NCBI RefSeq assembly: GCF_006345805.1
Contig: NC_043011.1
Coordinates: 20,596,464-20,660,463, forward strand
Length of the DNA: 64,000 nucleotides
Origin: Octopus sinensis
Taxonomy: Eukaryota
Direction of reading: 5' to 3'
Shown here: positions 1 through 12,179 of the stretch, piece by piece
Layout of the letters: each line of letters opens with the position of its first letter
Position numbering within the stretch: position 1 is the first letter of the stretch
Translations under genes and position numbers: made by a program
Notes under the pieces: generated by a model
What the model was told of the DNA's origin: nothing
What the model saw: the letters and a program-made list of their open reading frames with translations, nothing else
Databases searched by the model: none

Positions 1-302
1 AATAATAATAATAATAATAATTTAAAAATATATATACCAGATCTATACGTTTTTATTATTATTTTGCAATTTACTTAATCATTGGTATATCATTGTTATT
101 TTATTTTTGATATTTCTATTATATGTAATTTTCTAGATGGTATAATTTAATTGTTCATTTTGAATTGATAAAAGGTGTTTTTTCTAATTTTTATATATGT
201 ATATATATATATATATATGTATGTATTTATGTATGTATGTATGTATGTACGTATGTATGTATGTATGTATGCATACACACACATACACACACTAATACAC
301 AC

Positions 303-366
<64 letters not shown>

Positions 367-654
367 ACATACATATATATATATATATCAAGTAGACCTG
401 TGATCAAAAACATTCCAGCCAATCAGATCCTGTCTTTTAGTATGTCACTATATTTCTTTAAGTCTTACAAGATGGTAAGATGAGATATGAATGAGATTTA
501 GGAATGAATTAGGATTAGTAAAACGTTGAGTGCTCAATAACCAACTGCACCACATTTCTCTAATCAACGATTTGTGCATGGTTTAAAAATAACTTAACAG
601 TAAACTCCCATTACTAAGTGGTCAAAATATTTAGTGTAATATATTCATCTAGCT

Positions 655-1368
655 CAGTGATTCCCAGCCTGGGGCATATGCCCCACCAGCGGAGCCTAAG
701 AAAATTGTGGAGCAATTAAAGTGATTTGCATTTTTTTCTTAATCAATAATGTACTTTTTATTTTTGTACTCAGTACTTCATAAAAGAGTTAACTGTAGAT
801 TCTTTTGTAGTAAATAATTGTGATAAACGTGTGAAATTTGACTGCCAACTGTTGGTGTTGCCATCTACAGTTGCTTTCTGAGTAAGAAGCAGAGAGAAAG
901 AGAGTTTGCTAAGAAATAGAAGGGAGGGAGAAATTTCCCCCAGGGGGAGAGAATCATTTAGAGCATTCTTTTTTTTTTTTTTTTTTTTTGCTTTATAATT
1001 ATGCGATGTCTTTTCCTTATGTAATAAAATTATGATAAAATATTCTTTTCTACTCTAGGCACAAAGCCTGAAATTTCAGGGGAGGGGACCAATCGATTAG
1101 ATTGACCCCAGTACACAACTGGTATTCAATTTATTGACCCTGTAAAGATGAAAGGTAAAGCTGACCTCGGCAGAATTTGAACTCAGAACACAAAGACAGG
1201 CAAAATGCCACTAAGCATTTCGCCCGGTGTGCTAACGCTTCTGCCAGCTCACCACATTTCGTAATAAAATATTAAAAACAAAGTTGCTTTTCCCCTACCA
1301 CCAGTGGTGCATACATTTTTCTGGAAAATTATTGTGGAGCCTGGGAGAGAATAGGTTGAGAAGCACTG
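655..1368. mobile_element. Non-autonomous hAT-like DNA transposon
   Basis: Ends CAGTGATTCCCAGCCT (655) and AGGTTGAGAAGCACTG (to 1368) are imperfect inverted repeats of the hAT CAGTGGTTCCCAACC type. No TSD seen. Interrupted by a SINE. Confidence 0.5.
1042..1255 (-). mobile_element. tRNA-derived SINE, older family E (GGCAGTGAGCTGGCAGAA head, AGGCCTTGTGCCTATAGTAG tail)
   Basis: Matches many other copies in the window, e.g. ~8590-8790, ~24500-24720, ~24820-25030, ~26190-26420. B-box-like GAGTTCAAAT. Confidence 0.75.
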
Positions 1369-1570
1369 TACCAAAGCCAGCTGTTTGTGGGGATTTTTAG
1401 CCTTACTGTCATATAGTTCAGCCTTTAACAGGCCCTGGTCAAATATGAAATACAGGCTCTATTTGAACTGGTAATACTTTAGGTAAGGTCTGAAATGTAA
1501 GTACATTTCAAACTGCTCATTAAATATCCTAATAATCAGTGCTAAATACCTATAATTTATTTATGGGTTA

Positions 1571-2535
1571 CAGCGGAGGTCCGCAACCATCAGGCCGCAG
1601 ACCAGTACTGGTCTGTGGGTCATTTGTCACTGGGTCACATAGAAATCATTAACTTGTTTAAGATTATATAATAGATAAATTGAATATTAGACTTTAATTT
1701 TAAAAGATTTGTTTCAATATTCAATATTCATCTACTCAATACTATCAATCATAACTGTAATTACATTTTATAATTAATGTATATTTTTATAATTAATGCA
1801 TATTTTATGTCTACCTTTATTATCTATCATATAACTGTAAGCACATTTTACAATCCATGTATATTTTCTATTTATCTATTATATAAAATCCATTCTGTCT
1901 GTCTGTGTGTCTTCTAGGATCACGGGCATCCTCCATCCGATTGCACTCAAGTTTGATATGAAGATACCAACAGTATCAGGGCGTGTATAAGTCATGAAAA
2001 AATTACAAAAATCAATTCCAGGTGAGAATGCAATCGATAAAGCCGTGGGAACATGCATTTGTATGCGCAAGTACATCAGCTGTTGCGATGTACTTACTGG
2101 TACTTTAAACTCTTCGGTTGCATATTTGTGTGAATAAAATCGTTTTTCTTTGGAACAGAAAAAAGTCTATCTTTATTTCTTTTTTTGCTGGTGCCTCAAA
2201 TTTAGGTTAAATCAGTGTTTCTATGGGACGGTCGGACAAATTGTTTTGAGAAAATTTGGTTTAAATGTTTGACAACTCAGCACCGTCCTTTGGACAGGGG
2301 GACGTTTTGCTCATTGGTAATAATTTTCAACTGATTTTCTAATCCCTACTAAATTTCAGATTTTAAAAATTTTGGTACACGAGAGTCAAAAGATTATACA
2401 CTTTTTCTCCCATTTAATAAATTGCTCTCTTTATCAAAATGCACTTAAATTACACATATGTGCCACAGCCAGTTCATGGAAAGATTGTCTGACATAAAGC
2501 TGGTCTGTGGTATAAAAAAAGGTTGGAGGTCACTG
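1571..2535. mobile_element. Non-autonomous hAT/Charlie-like element
   Basis: Left end CAGCGGAGGTCCGCAACC...GGCCGCAGACCAGTACTGGTCTGTGG and right end CTGGTCTGTGGTATAAAAAAAGGTTGGAGGTCACTG. GGTTA flanks both sides. Confidence 0.55.
1875..2100 (+). mobile_element. Short non-autonomous Helitron-like element nested in the hAT element
   Basis: A|TCTATTATATAAAA start, (GTCT)n/(GT)n after the 5' end, hairpin AAGTACATC-9nt-GATGTACTT (2069-2095), CTGG|T end; A/T insertion site without TSD. Confidence 0.5.
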
Positions 2536-3173
2536 GGTTACAGAATATATACATGTACATGTATTATACATGATGTACTAATGAGTAACATAACAATAAA
2601 AAAAACACAAAGAAGATTTATAAAAAAAAAATAGAGAATTCTTTACTAAAGGATTTGCCTTTGCATCTGACAGGGGTAGGGGAAAAAGCCTTCTCAAAAT
2701 CATAGGCTCGTGCCAGCTGGCCCACTTTTTCTGCTTAGACCTGTATATATTAGTGAGTTTTATATAGTAAAGGCAAACACTTGGACAGCTTCCAGAATTA
2801 ACAGCCAAGTTTAGATTCCAGCTATGAACTGCTTCACTTAATTAACCTTATTATATGAATAAGACAAAAGCAAATATTAACTTTCCCTAAACTTAATAGA
2901 GTTGATCATCTACCCAGTTATTGGATATAATCAAATAGAAAATATGGATGGACAATTGATTCATAATTCCATTTCCCACTTTATAACTGGTAAACAATTC
3001 AATGGAGATGATCAAAGTGGCCGTAAAGTGTGGCTATACTGATTATCTGAAGAACTGTGAAAGGAATTAGTTGCTTGCATGGCCTACAGTCAGTAGAATT
3101 GGTTTACGATCAATATTGTAGGATACAGCCAATGCTGTGGGATATTGTCAATGATATGGGATACAGTCTATTG

Positions 3174-3455
3174 CAGTAGCTACCAAACATTTTCAGGCTG
3201 CCACCCCTTGGCATCCAGGGTACATTTTGAGCAACCCACTCACCACCACAGAAGTTGACCATTTTCTGCAGCAAATTCCAAACATCAGAATTTCACAAAT
3301 AAAACTTAACTTAATTAATCTATTATTTTATTGTTTTTACAACCAGTGCCATCTTTTGACCACCCCATTATCATCTCACTTTTCTTCACAACCCCTGGAC
3401 CTTTCCACCATCCCTAAGGGTGGTGGGGCAATGCCACCCACTTCGGGAACCACTG
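3174..3455. mobile_element. hAT-type MITE
   Basis: Ends CAGTAGCTACCAAAC / TTCGGGAACCACTG. Flanks GTCTATTG and GTCTATAT fit a decayed 8-bp TSD. Confidence 0.6.
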
Positions 3456-3513
3456 GTCTATATAGTGTAGTACACTTTCAATAATGTGGAATATATTCAG
3501 TAGTGTAGGATAC

Positions 3514-3581
3514 AGTCAATGACATTCGATAGTCAATGACATTTGATAGTCAATGACATTCGATAGTCAATGACATTTAAT
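3514..3581. repeat. 17-bp tandem repeat x4 (AGTCAATGACATTYGAT)
   Basis: Four adjacent units read directly. They lie in a broader degenerate ATACAGTCAAT-periodic region (~3090-4330). Confidence 0.9.
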
Positions 3582-3815
3582 ACAGCCAATAGTGTGATAT
3601 AAAGTCAATCATTTCAAATCCTGTAAATAGCATGGGATAATGACAATAGTGTGGGCTACAGTCAACACTGTGAACTACTATCAGTCATGTGAAATATACT
3701 CAGAAGTAAACTCAAAATTGTATGCTACATTCAATTGTATAAACTACAGTCAACGGGGGAGGACTATAATTGATAGTGCAGGGTGGTCAACAGAGTGGAC
3801 CACATTCAGTACTGT

Positions 3816-4064
3816 TGTTTGTTGTTTGTTCCTTCTCGAGCCATGCCTGGCTCATAAGGGCCAGTTTCCCGGTATGCATGAGGAAAGGGTGAGAGAAAGT
3901 TGTGGTGAAAGAGTCAGCAGAAGTTTTGCCATTACCTTCTGCCGGAGCCATGTGGAGCTTAGGTGTTTCACTCATAAACACACACATCGTCCGGTCTGAG
4001 ATTCAAACCCGAGATTCCTCGGCCGTGAGTCCGATGCTCTAACCACTAGGCCATGTGCCTCCAC
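3816..4064 (-). mobile_element. tRNA-derived SINE, family C, tail type 1
   Basis: GTGGAGGCACATGGCCTAGTGGTTAG head and GGTTTGAATC B-box on the minus strand. 14-bp TSD ACATTCAGTACTGT (3802-3815, 4065-4078). Confidence 0.9.
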
Positions 4065-4359
4065 ACATTCAGTACTGTGTAGTACAATCTATAGCTTGAG
4101 ATACAATCATTAGTTTGAAATATTTTCACCTGTATGGGCTGAAGTCAACAGTATTGAACACATTCAATAGTGTGGATTACATTACAGTTATTAGCACAGG
4201 CTAGAGTTATTAGCATGAGATAAAGTCTATAGTTTGAAGCAATCTCAGTAGAACAGGCTAATGTTAAATTGTGTGGAATACAGCTGGTAGTACAGGATAT
4301 AATCAGTAGAGTGGGATAGAGATAGGCATTCATCTTACTTGTTTCTGAAGATAAGCAGC

Positions 4360-4548
4360 TTACTCTTTATGTGTCTTGAGATGTCTTATTAGGCCAATAT
4401 TGCCATAAAATCCACAATTACAGTGGTAACATGTAGTAGCAGAGACAGGACCTGGTGGGGTTCTTGCTTTCTCTGCATTTACACCAACATAAAACAAGGA
4501 AACCATCCAGAAGAGTTGCAGGAAATTCCAAAGTTTTCTAGAGGCCAT
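4360..4548 (-). pseudogene. 62-aa ORF ending in a C2H2-like motif; probably the C-terminus of an RTE LINE
   Basis: CYHCNCGFYGNIGLIRHLKTH fits C-x2-C-x3-F-x5-L-x2-H-x3-H and resembles the RTE tail at ~8270 (CGHCSRTCLFCIGLVRH). Host exon not excluded. Confidence 0.45.
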
Positions 4549-4721
4549 GGTTGAAGCCAGTGGTGATTTTATTGCATAAATTCACTTTTTAGTATTTCAA
4601 GATATTTTTATGTAATTTTGGTAAATATATCTGTTAAAATGAGATGTCAGCATTATTTTCATTTTTGCGTAATTTAGACAATTCATCCACTGCACCCTGT
4701 ATATGTATGTATGTAGTCAAT

Positions 4722-4905
4722 CCAAACATGAACAAGCAAGAAAAAGCAACAACGCGAGGACGTGGAATAAGTACAGTGTTATTGGATGCTCAGGAAAGGA
4801 AAGAAAAGAAAGACGATTTCACATTTCGAGTAGAGCTCTTCATCAGAAATATAGAAAAAGTCCAAAGAAGGGAAGGCAGAGGAAGAAAATCGCCAACTAT
4901 ACACA
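4722..4905 (-). mobile_element. PLE pseudo-LTR-like repeat, HHR family 3
   Basis: Second copy at ~35950-36145. Contains a minimal hammerhead core at 4816-4850. Confidence 0.65.
4816..4850 (-). ncRNA. Minimal type I hammerhead ribozyme motif (decayed)
   Basis: ATTT-CTGATGA-A-GAG-CTCTA-CTC-GAA-ATGT-G-AAAT: stem I, core and stem II intact; helix III and cleavage site mutated. Confidence 0.65.
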
Positions 4906-4931
4906 CGCGGTCACATATGTATGTATGTATG

Positions 4932-5246
4932 TATGTTACCGTGATCACCGTGACTGACCAGGCTATCAAATGTTGCTACACATCGCTGGTCACAATGTGC
5001 TTCGCATTTTTTTTTAGCCTTCAAATGATGCCACCCCGCTGGCTAAGCGAGCAGGCCAACAGAAGAAAGAGTGAGAGAAAGTTGTGGCGAAAAAGCACAG
5101 CAGGGATCGCCACCACCCCCTGCCAGAGCCTCGTGGAGCTTTAGGTGGTTTTCACTCAATAAACACTCACAATGCCCGGTCTAGGAATCGAAACCGCGAC
5201 CCTACAACCGCGAGTCCACTGCCCTAACCACTGGGCCATTCCACCT
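4932..5246 (-). mobile_element. tRNA-derived SINE, family C, tail type 4
   Basis: Same head and body as 14049-14436, then a different 3' tail (CTGTTGGCCTGCTCGCTTAGCCAGCGGGG...). Confidence 0.8.
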
Positions 5247-5311
5247 CATGTATGTATGTATAAATATATATATTTATGTATGTATATAAGTATAAATATG
5301 TATATGTATGC

Positions 5312-5342
<31 letters not shown>

Positions 5343-5346
5343 CATG

Positions 5347-5378
<32 letters not shown>

Positions 5379-5879
5379 TATCTATGTGTGTGTCTTTATG
5401 CTTGTGTTTGATCCCACCACTGCTTGATAACTAGTAGAATAAGGAATAAGGCTTTAAAATCAAAACTAAGTACTGGGTTCAATTCATTCGACTAAAAATA
5501 CTTCCAGGTGGGGCCCCTGCAGGGCTGCAATCTAATGACTGAAACAAATAAAAGATAAAAAAAAAAGGTGAAAGATAAATTCTGTGGGTTGTGTTAAACT
5601 GTCTGGGATGTAAGCAATAAGGTGTATTATATTTGACTGTCTGAGATATATTCAAAAGTCTTATATAGAGTTAGAAGGGCTGAAGAATAAGAACAAAAGA
5701 TGTAGTCAGAATTTATGATTAAAATACTAATTACCAGCCGAGGTTAAAATATGTCCAACAAATATCAGTGAAATGACATTGGCAGTTAGGAAGTCAAGAA
5801 GAGACTAGAAATCAATACTGTGCAGCAGTCAGATATGAACAATGGTTTACAACTGAGAAAGATTTGGCTATGGAGACAG

Positions 5880-6290
5880 CAACGATGATGATGATGATGA
5901 CGATAACAATGACAATGACGACGACAATGACGATGACGATGATGATGATGATGATAACGATGATGACGATGACGATAACAATGACAATGACGACGACAAT
6001 GACGATGACGACGATGACGATGATGACGCTGTTGATGATGATGATGATGTAACAATTATGCTGACAACAATGATGATGATGATGATAATGATAGTGGTTG
6101 TGGTGGTGTTGGTGATGATGGTATTGGTGGTGGTAACAGTGATGATGACGATGATGACAATGATGATTGCGATAATTGTGGTGGTGGTGGTGTTGGTGGT
6201 GACAAAAACGATGAGGAGGATGACGAGGAGGAGGTAGACGAAGAGGAGGGTGACAAGGCGAAGGTAGAGGAAGAGGAGGTTGACAACAAC

Positions 6291-6321
<31 letters not shown>

Positions 6322-6520
6322 ACAATGACAACGGTGATCGGAGTGTTCGTGATCTTGAATATTATATTGACATTGATCTGGAGAATAAACATGATATGAA
6401 GGCAGATGATGACAACAGTGATGATGATGATCATCATCATCACCATCATCACCATCATCACCATCGTCATCGTCATCCCCACCACCATCATCATCATCAT
6501 CAACAACATACAAAGAAATA
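5880..6520. repeat. Compound trinucleotide microsatellite (GAT/GAC/GGT/CAT)
   Basis: Direct reading; it produces the poly-His/Asp/Met ORFs in the track. Confidence 0.9.
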
Positions 6521-6929
6521 ACAACTTGACACACATGAACTATGTCTTAGACAAAGAGAAACCACTTGAATATCATTTTTATTTTTTGTTCTTTTTTTTT
6601 TACTCCGAATTATACCCTGGCAGTCAGCCAGCTGACGTTTTACAATTAGCATTCTTTAGAACATTATATTGCCAGCCTGTCACTAGTCTGTTGCCAGTAT
6701 ATCAATATCTGTATCGGTAGACTACCAACTAACTAACTAATAATGTACATTTTGGCAGCAACTAGTAAAAAATATTCTTGTAACTCAAATACATCAGTTG
6801 GTCATTTTTCTCATCACACAAATTCTTTTTAGAAGCAGGATCTAACTTATAGATTTAGTCAGGTATCATGATGCAGTTAAGAATTCTGCTTTGCAACTAC
6901 AGAGTTCCAGGACAAATCCTAGCCAATCT

Positions 6930-7637
6930 CTAACTGCAGAGGGAACCTTTGGAAGAAGTAGACCCAAGAAGATGTGGGACAAGACGGGGAAATGTGGGAC
7001 AAGGTGGTGAAACATCTCTGCCAGCCCACTGCAAGGCAGCAAGCTGGCAGAAATGTTAACACGCCGGGCGAAATGCTTAGCAGTATTTTGTCTGCCGCTA
7101 TGTTCTGAGTTCAAATTCCGTCAAGGTCGACTTTGCCTTTCATCCTTTCGGGTCGATTAAATAAGTACCAGTTACACACTGGGGTCGATATAATCGACTT
7201 AATCCGTTTGTCTGTCCTTGTTTGTCCCATCTGTGTGTAGCCCCTTGTGGGCAGTAAAGTAATAAGGTGGTGAAATATGATCTTTGGATGTTGAGTCTCG
7301 TGGAAGTGATGACAAGTGACCAAGACTTTCGGTGATTTGCTGTGCTTGAGAAGATACTTCAAGCTAAGTGGAATCGTAATCATGGCCGGTGCCATTGATA
7401 CATGAAAGGCACACTTGCTGTGACACGTAAAAGGAGACCGATGCTGGTGACACATAAAAAGCACCTGTACTGATGACTCATTAAAGACACCCAGTATACC
7501 CTGTTGGGTGGTTGGTGTTGGGAAGGGCATTCAACTATAGACATCAAGCCAAAACAGACTGGATCCTGGTGCAGCTCCCCAGCTTACCAGATTTCATGCT
7601 GGTATGGAAAACAGATACTAAATGAAACAGACACTAA

Positions 7638-7650
<13 letters not shown>
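6930..7650 (+). mobile_element. 3' end of RTE-X-like LINE with (GAT)n tail (source of dispersed repeat family D)
   Basis: Decayed EGTFGRSRPKKMW...VVK coding end, then 3' UTR GGTTGGTGTTGGGAAGGGCATTCAACTATAG...ATGATGATG. Split by a SINE. Confidence 0.6.
7035..7262 (+). mobile_element. tRNA-derived SINE, family A, nested in the LINE
   Basis: Near-identical to 13638-13858. AAGGTGGTGAAA is duplicated on both sides. Confidence 0.9.
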
Positions 7651-7668
<18 letters not shown>

Positions 7669-8027
7669 CGACGACGATGATGAAGGCAACGATGACAATG
7701 ATGATGATGAAGTGTTTCCTACCATGGCATCAGATCCCTCCAAACTTTGTGGAGGAATTTGATTGATGGAACCTGTGTGGAAGCTCTTTAGACATAGTGT
7801 TCCTGTCTTGGGATGGTAAACATAATATCACTTGATTTAACACCACTGAGGAATTTCACCTTTCTCCTATCAGTATTGAAAGCACAAGAAAACTTGTGGA
7901 TGCTGCACTGACTCGTTTGACTAAAAAACAAATGTTTCTGATTGAAATTGTCCCTCTTTAAACTAGTAAGAACAACTAAAATCTACTTAAGAAGACAATA
8001 ACATACTTGATAGTGTAATTTTGTATG

Positions 8028-8385
8028 TACTATGCAAACTCTCCACCGGTCACCATGTGAGAGGAGCCCCAAGGAAGCACTACAAAAACTGCCTCAAGAA
8101 GTCTCTTACAGCATGTCATATTGACCACCAATGCTGATCAGACCTGGCTGTGGACTGTGATGTCTGGCGTCACACGATCTTCAATGCGGTCAACGAGTTT
8201 AAGGAACAAAGAAGAGACGCAGGAGGAAAGTGCAAGCCACCTCTGACACCACACCGGATGTTACCTTCATCTGTGGACACTGCTCACGGACCTGCCTTTT
8301 CTGTATCGGACTTGTCAGACATGAGTGTGCATGCACACGATGTGGACAGCCTTCCTGATCTTTGTTTGTGAAGCCAAGCCATGAT
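8028..8385 (+). mobile_element. RTE LINE 3' end (decayed ORF C-terminus)
   Basis: Translates LSTGHHVRGAPRKHYKNCLKKSLTACHIDH...DVWRHTIFNAVNEF, then after a frameshift TFICGHCSRTCLFCIGLVRH. (GAT)n tail. Confidence 0.85.
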
Positions 8386-9203
8386 GATGATGATGATGAT
8401 GTTGTCTTAATAAGAGATAGGATGGTTACCACTAGAAATGCTTTTTGTTCAAGCTCTGCTTGATCGGTACTGACATGGTGACATGAGAGGAGGAGCCATT
8501 TATGTATCATACTTAATATAAATACATTATGATAAGCAAAATTCACTGTAGTATTTGTCCAAAGATAATATCTCCTATGGACAAGACAGTGAGCAGGCAG
8601 AATTGTAAGCACACCAGGCAAAATTCTTAGTGACATTTTGTTTGTCTTAGTGTTCTGAGTTAAAATTCCACCAAGGTTGATGTTGCCTTTCATTCTTTCA
8701 GGGTCAATGAAATAAGTACCAGCTGAGTACTGGGGTGGAGATAATTGACATATCCCACCCCAAAAATTGCTTACCTTGCACCAAACTTTGAAACTAATTT
8801 CTCCTATGGGTGAGCTGTGTTTAAAAATACAATATGTATATATTGGAGGGAGACAGAACTTATCCCTACTGTAACAAATGAGAATGCTAAATGCATTTCT
8901 GCTTTATTAGGCATTGTCAATAATGCATACTCTAATCCAGCATGCTTAGATGAAATCCATCACAGGGTTTAAATAATTCTTTCAAATTTACATACAGGAC
9001 AAAAATTTTAAATATGCCTATAAATATGCCATTTCCACTTACAAGGCATTGGTCAGCTTGAGGCCACAGTAGAAAACTTGCCCAAGGTGCCATACAGTGA
9101 GCTAGAACTCAAGACCACATAGTAACTATCCTGTGCCTATTATATGTTTGCATATGTATATGTATATGTATACATACATGCTTGCACATAATAAAATATA
9201 TGT

Positions 9204-9245
<42 letters not shown>

Positions 9246-10104
9246 GTGTGTGCGTGTGTGTGTGTGTGTGTGTGTATTTATGCATGTATGTATTGCATGA
9301 CTATTTGAATGATAACAGGAAGTGAGGAAGATGGATGTATGGATGGATAGATGGATGGATGGATAGATGTATGTATGTATAGATGGATGGATGGATGGAT
9401 GGATGAGTGAGTGGTAGGATGAAAGGACAGAAAGAAGAAAGGATAGCAAGAAAGAAAGATAGAAGAAAGGAAGGAAGTGATGTTTCACTACCTACAAATC
9501 CAGATGTCACTTGTACTTTTAAACGAACTTGTCAAGTTTATGGCAAGAATAAATATGATAACAGCACTAAATTATGGCTGAGTTTCAACATTGCCCAGAG
9601 CCATCATTGGAATGGAAGTTTTAATTGAGTACTGTTAGGATATTAGTCATGGAAGGCTATACACTGAGGCCATGGAGGAAAGTGAGTATTCATTTGTATG
9701 GTTGGTTTGGTAAGAGAATTTAAAGATAATTTCCATAAACTGAAGGCTGGTGTGTTGTCTTTTATAAAAGTTTCTTGAGTTTTCAATATTAACACCAAAA
9801 AACAAAAAAAAAGGCTGTGGTTTGCAGGATGGTTACTGCACCAGGCAAAATGTACTTTGTCCATCTTTACATTCTGAGTTCAAATTCCACTGACATTAAC
9901 TTTGCTTTTTATCCAATATTTGATACCAATGTTAGCCTTTCCATGCTTGCATAGGAAATCGGAAATTGAATGGGATTTGTTGAGGTAGGTTTTTTTTCTG
10001 TGGCTGGATGCTCTTTCTGTTGCCAACCCTTACCTGTTTCCAAATCAGGTAATATTTTCCCTTGGCCAAACAGGTTTTTCATAGGATACTGGAAATGAAC
10101 AACA

Positions 10105-10485
10105 TTGATGTATGTATATATGTTTGTATGTATGTATGTATGTATGTATGTATGTATGTATGTATGTATGTATGTATGTATGTATGCATGCATGCATGTA
10201 TGTATGTATGTATTATGTATGTATGTATGTATGCTTGTATGTATGTGTGTATGTATGTGTGTATGTATGTGTGTATGTATGTATGTATGTATGTATGTAT
10301 GTATGTATGTATGTATGTATGTATGTATGTATGTATGTATGTATGTATGTATGTATGTATGTATGTATGTATGTATGTATGTATGCATGTATGTATGTAT
10401 GTATGTGTGTATGTATGTATGTATGTATGTATGTATGTATGTATGTATGTATGTATGTATGTGTGTATGCATATATGTATGTACT
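10105..10485. repeat. (TATG)n microsatellite, ~380 bp
   Basis: Direct reading. Confidence 0.95.
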
Positions 10486-11087
10486 GAGTGACTATTTAAA
10501 TGAAGGAAAGAAGGAAGGAGGATGAATGGATGATAAGATGAAAGGATCAAGGAACAACATTGATGCATGTGTGCCCTTGTCTTGGCAGCGCTTGTTGCCA
10601 AGACAAGGGCACACATGCGCACTCGCACACACAGACACACACAGCAAACTTTCAGTTTCTGTCAAATCTATTTACAAGACTTTGGTAGGCCCAGGGCTAT
10701 AGTAGAAGACAATTGCCTAAAATATCATGAAGTGATGCTGAACCCGAAACTATGTGGTTGGAAAACAAGCTTCTTAACCATACAACCACATCTGGTGATA
10801 AACTTGGTGCTCCAGCATGGCCTTATCATAGTTTGAACAAACTAAATATAAGAAAACACTATATCTTTTGTCCAGCTGTGATGACTTGTCTATTAGTTTT
10901 GATGATAACCACTGAGTCAACTGAATGTCCAGTTTGTAAAATTAACATATGAATGGCCAAGTAATCCACAGATAAGCACATCCACATTGTAATTCTTAAT
11001 TCCAATCAACTTAACACAATATGTGACTAGACTGGACTTCTGAATTACAAGTACGATCCATCTATTGGACATCCATTAAAAAAAAAT

Positions 11088-11215
11088 GTCAACCACATGG
11101 TTCCGGGTTCAGTCCCACTGTGTGGCACCTTGGGCAAGTGTCTTCTACTATAGCCTCGTGCCAACCAAAGCCTTGTGAGTGAATTTGGTAGATGGAAACT
11201 GAAAGAAGCCCATCG

Positions 11216-11269
<54 letters not shown>

Positions 11270-11485
11270 GTGTATCTGTGTTTGTCACCCCAACATCGCT
11301 TGAAAACCGATGCTGGTGTGTTTAGATCCCCATAACTTAGCAGTTCAACAAAAGAGACCGATAGAATAAGTACTAGCCTTAAAAAGAATAAGTCCCAGGA
11401 TCGATTTGATTCGACTAAAGGCAGTGATCCAGCATGGCTGTAGTCAAATGACTGAAACAAGTAAAAGAGTAAAAGAGTAAAGAGT
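11088..11485 (+). mobile_element. tRNA-derived SINE, family B, 5'-truncated, with internal (TA)/(TG) microsatellite
   Basis: Collinear with the full copy at 62167-62590. (AAAAGAGT)n tail. Confidence 0.85.
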
Positions 11486-12179
11486 ATGGGTTCACATACT
11501 CTTATCCACCATGAGATCCAGTCCTTGTTGTGGTGTCATAGGTTTTGCATTTCAAGAACCCTGAGAGTTACGCCAGCAGAGTCTATACCTGGTAGGGTCT
11601 TTCATGCTAAACAGATCAAATGATAGAGACCAGATTAATATTACAAGAAGTAAAAATGGGTTTGCATAGGACCAACAGCCCCACCTAGAGAAAAGTCAAG
11701 TTACAGAAGCATTGATGACAATTCAGAGCCAACAAAACCCAAAAGAGAAAAGACCTTAATGATAACACAGAGATGAGAACAGTGCAGAAAGGTTGTTGAT
11801 GGCCCTCTGCTTCATAAGGAGCAAAAGGGCTTAAGTAAGTTGACATGAACACACTCGCTCAAGATGGCATGACCTCATATTTGAAAAGTAAGCTTTTTCA
11901 CCACTTGACCATATGAGCATGCATTATATTTTAAACTAGATATATGTGATGGTGTGTGGCTAAGTAGTTAGGTTATTTGGTAATTTAGCTCTATTTGGCT
12001 CATGACCATAAGGTCGTGAGTTCAGTTCCTGGTAGCAAATTGTGTCCTTGAGCAAGAAACTTTGTTTCATGTTGCTCCAGTGCACTCAGCTAGTAAAAAT
12101 AAATTTTAACTGTATTTCAAAGGGTTGTTGCTGCTGCTGTCATTGTTGTTATTGTTGTTGCTGCTGTTGCTGTTGCTGT

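Noticed and set aside
1407-1489. Minus-strand exon candidate with good acceptor (TACATTTCAG) and donor (GTAAGG)
   Set aside because: All three frames contain stops and there is no linking evidence; it could only be non-coding or terminal.
2690-2741. Branch-point and acceptor CTCACTAATATATACAG followed by LSRKSGPAGTSL*
   Set aside because: Too short, with no homology or partner exon; indistinguishable from chance.
9639-9681. Plus-strand mini-exon ending in GTGAGT
   Set aside because: Weak acceptor, two open frames and no recognisable peptide.
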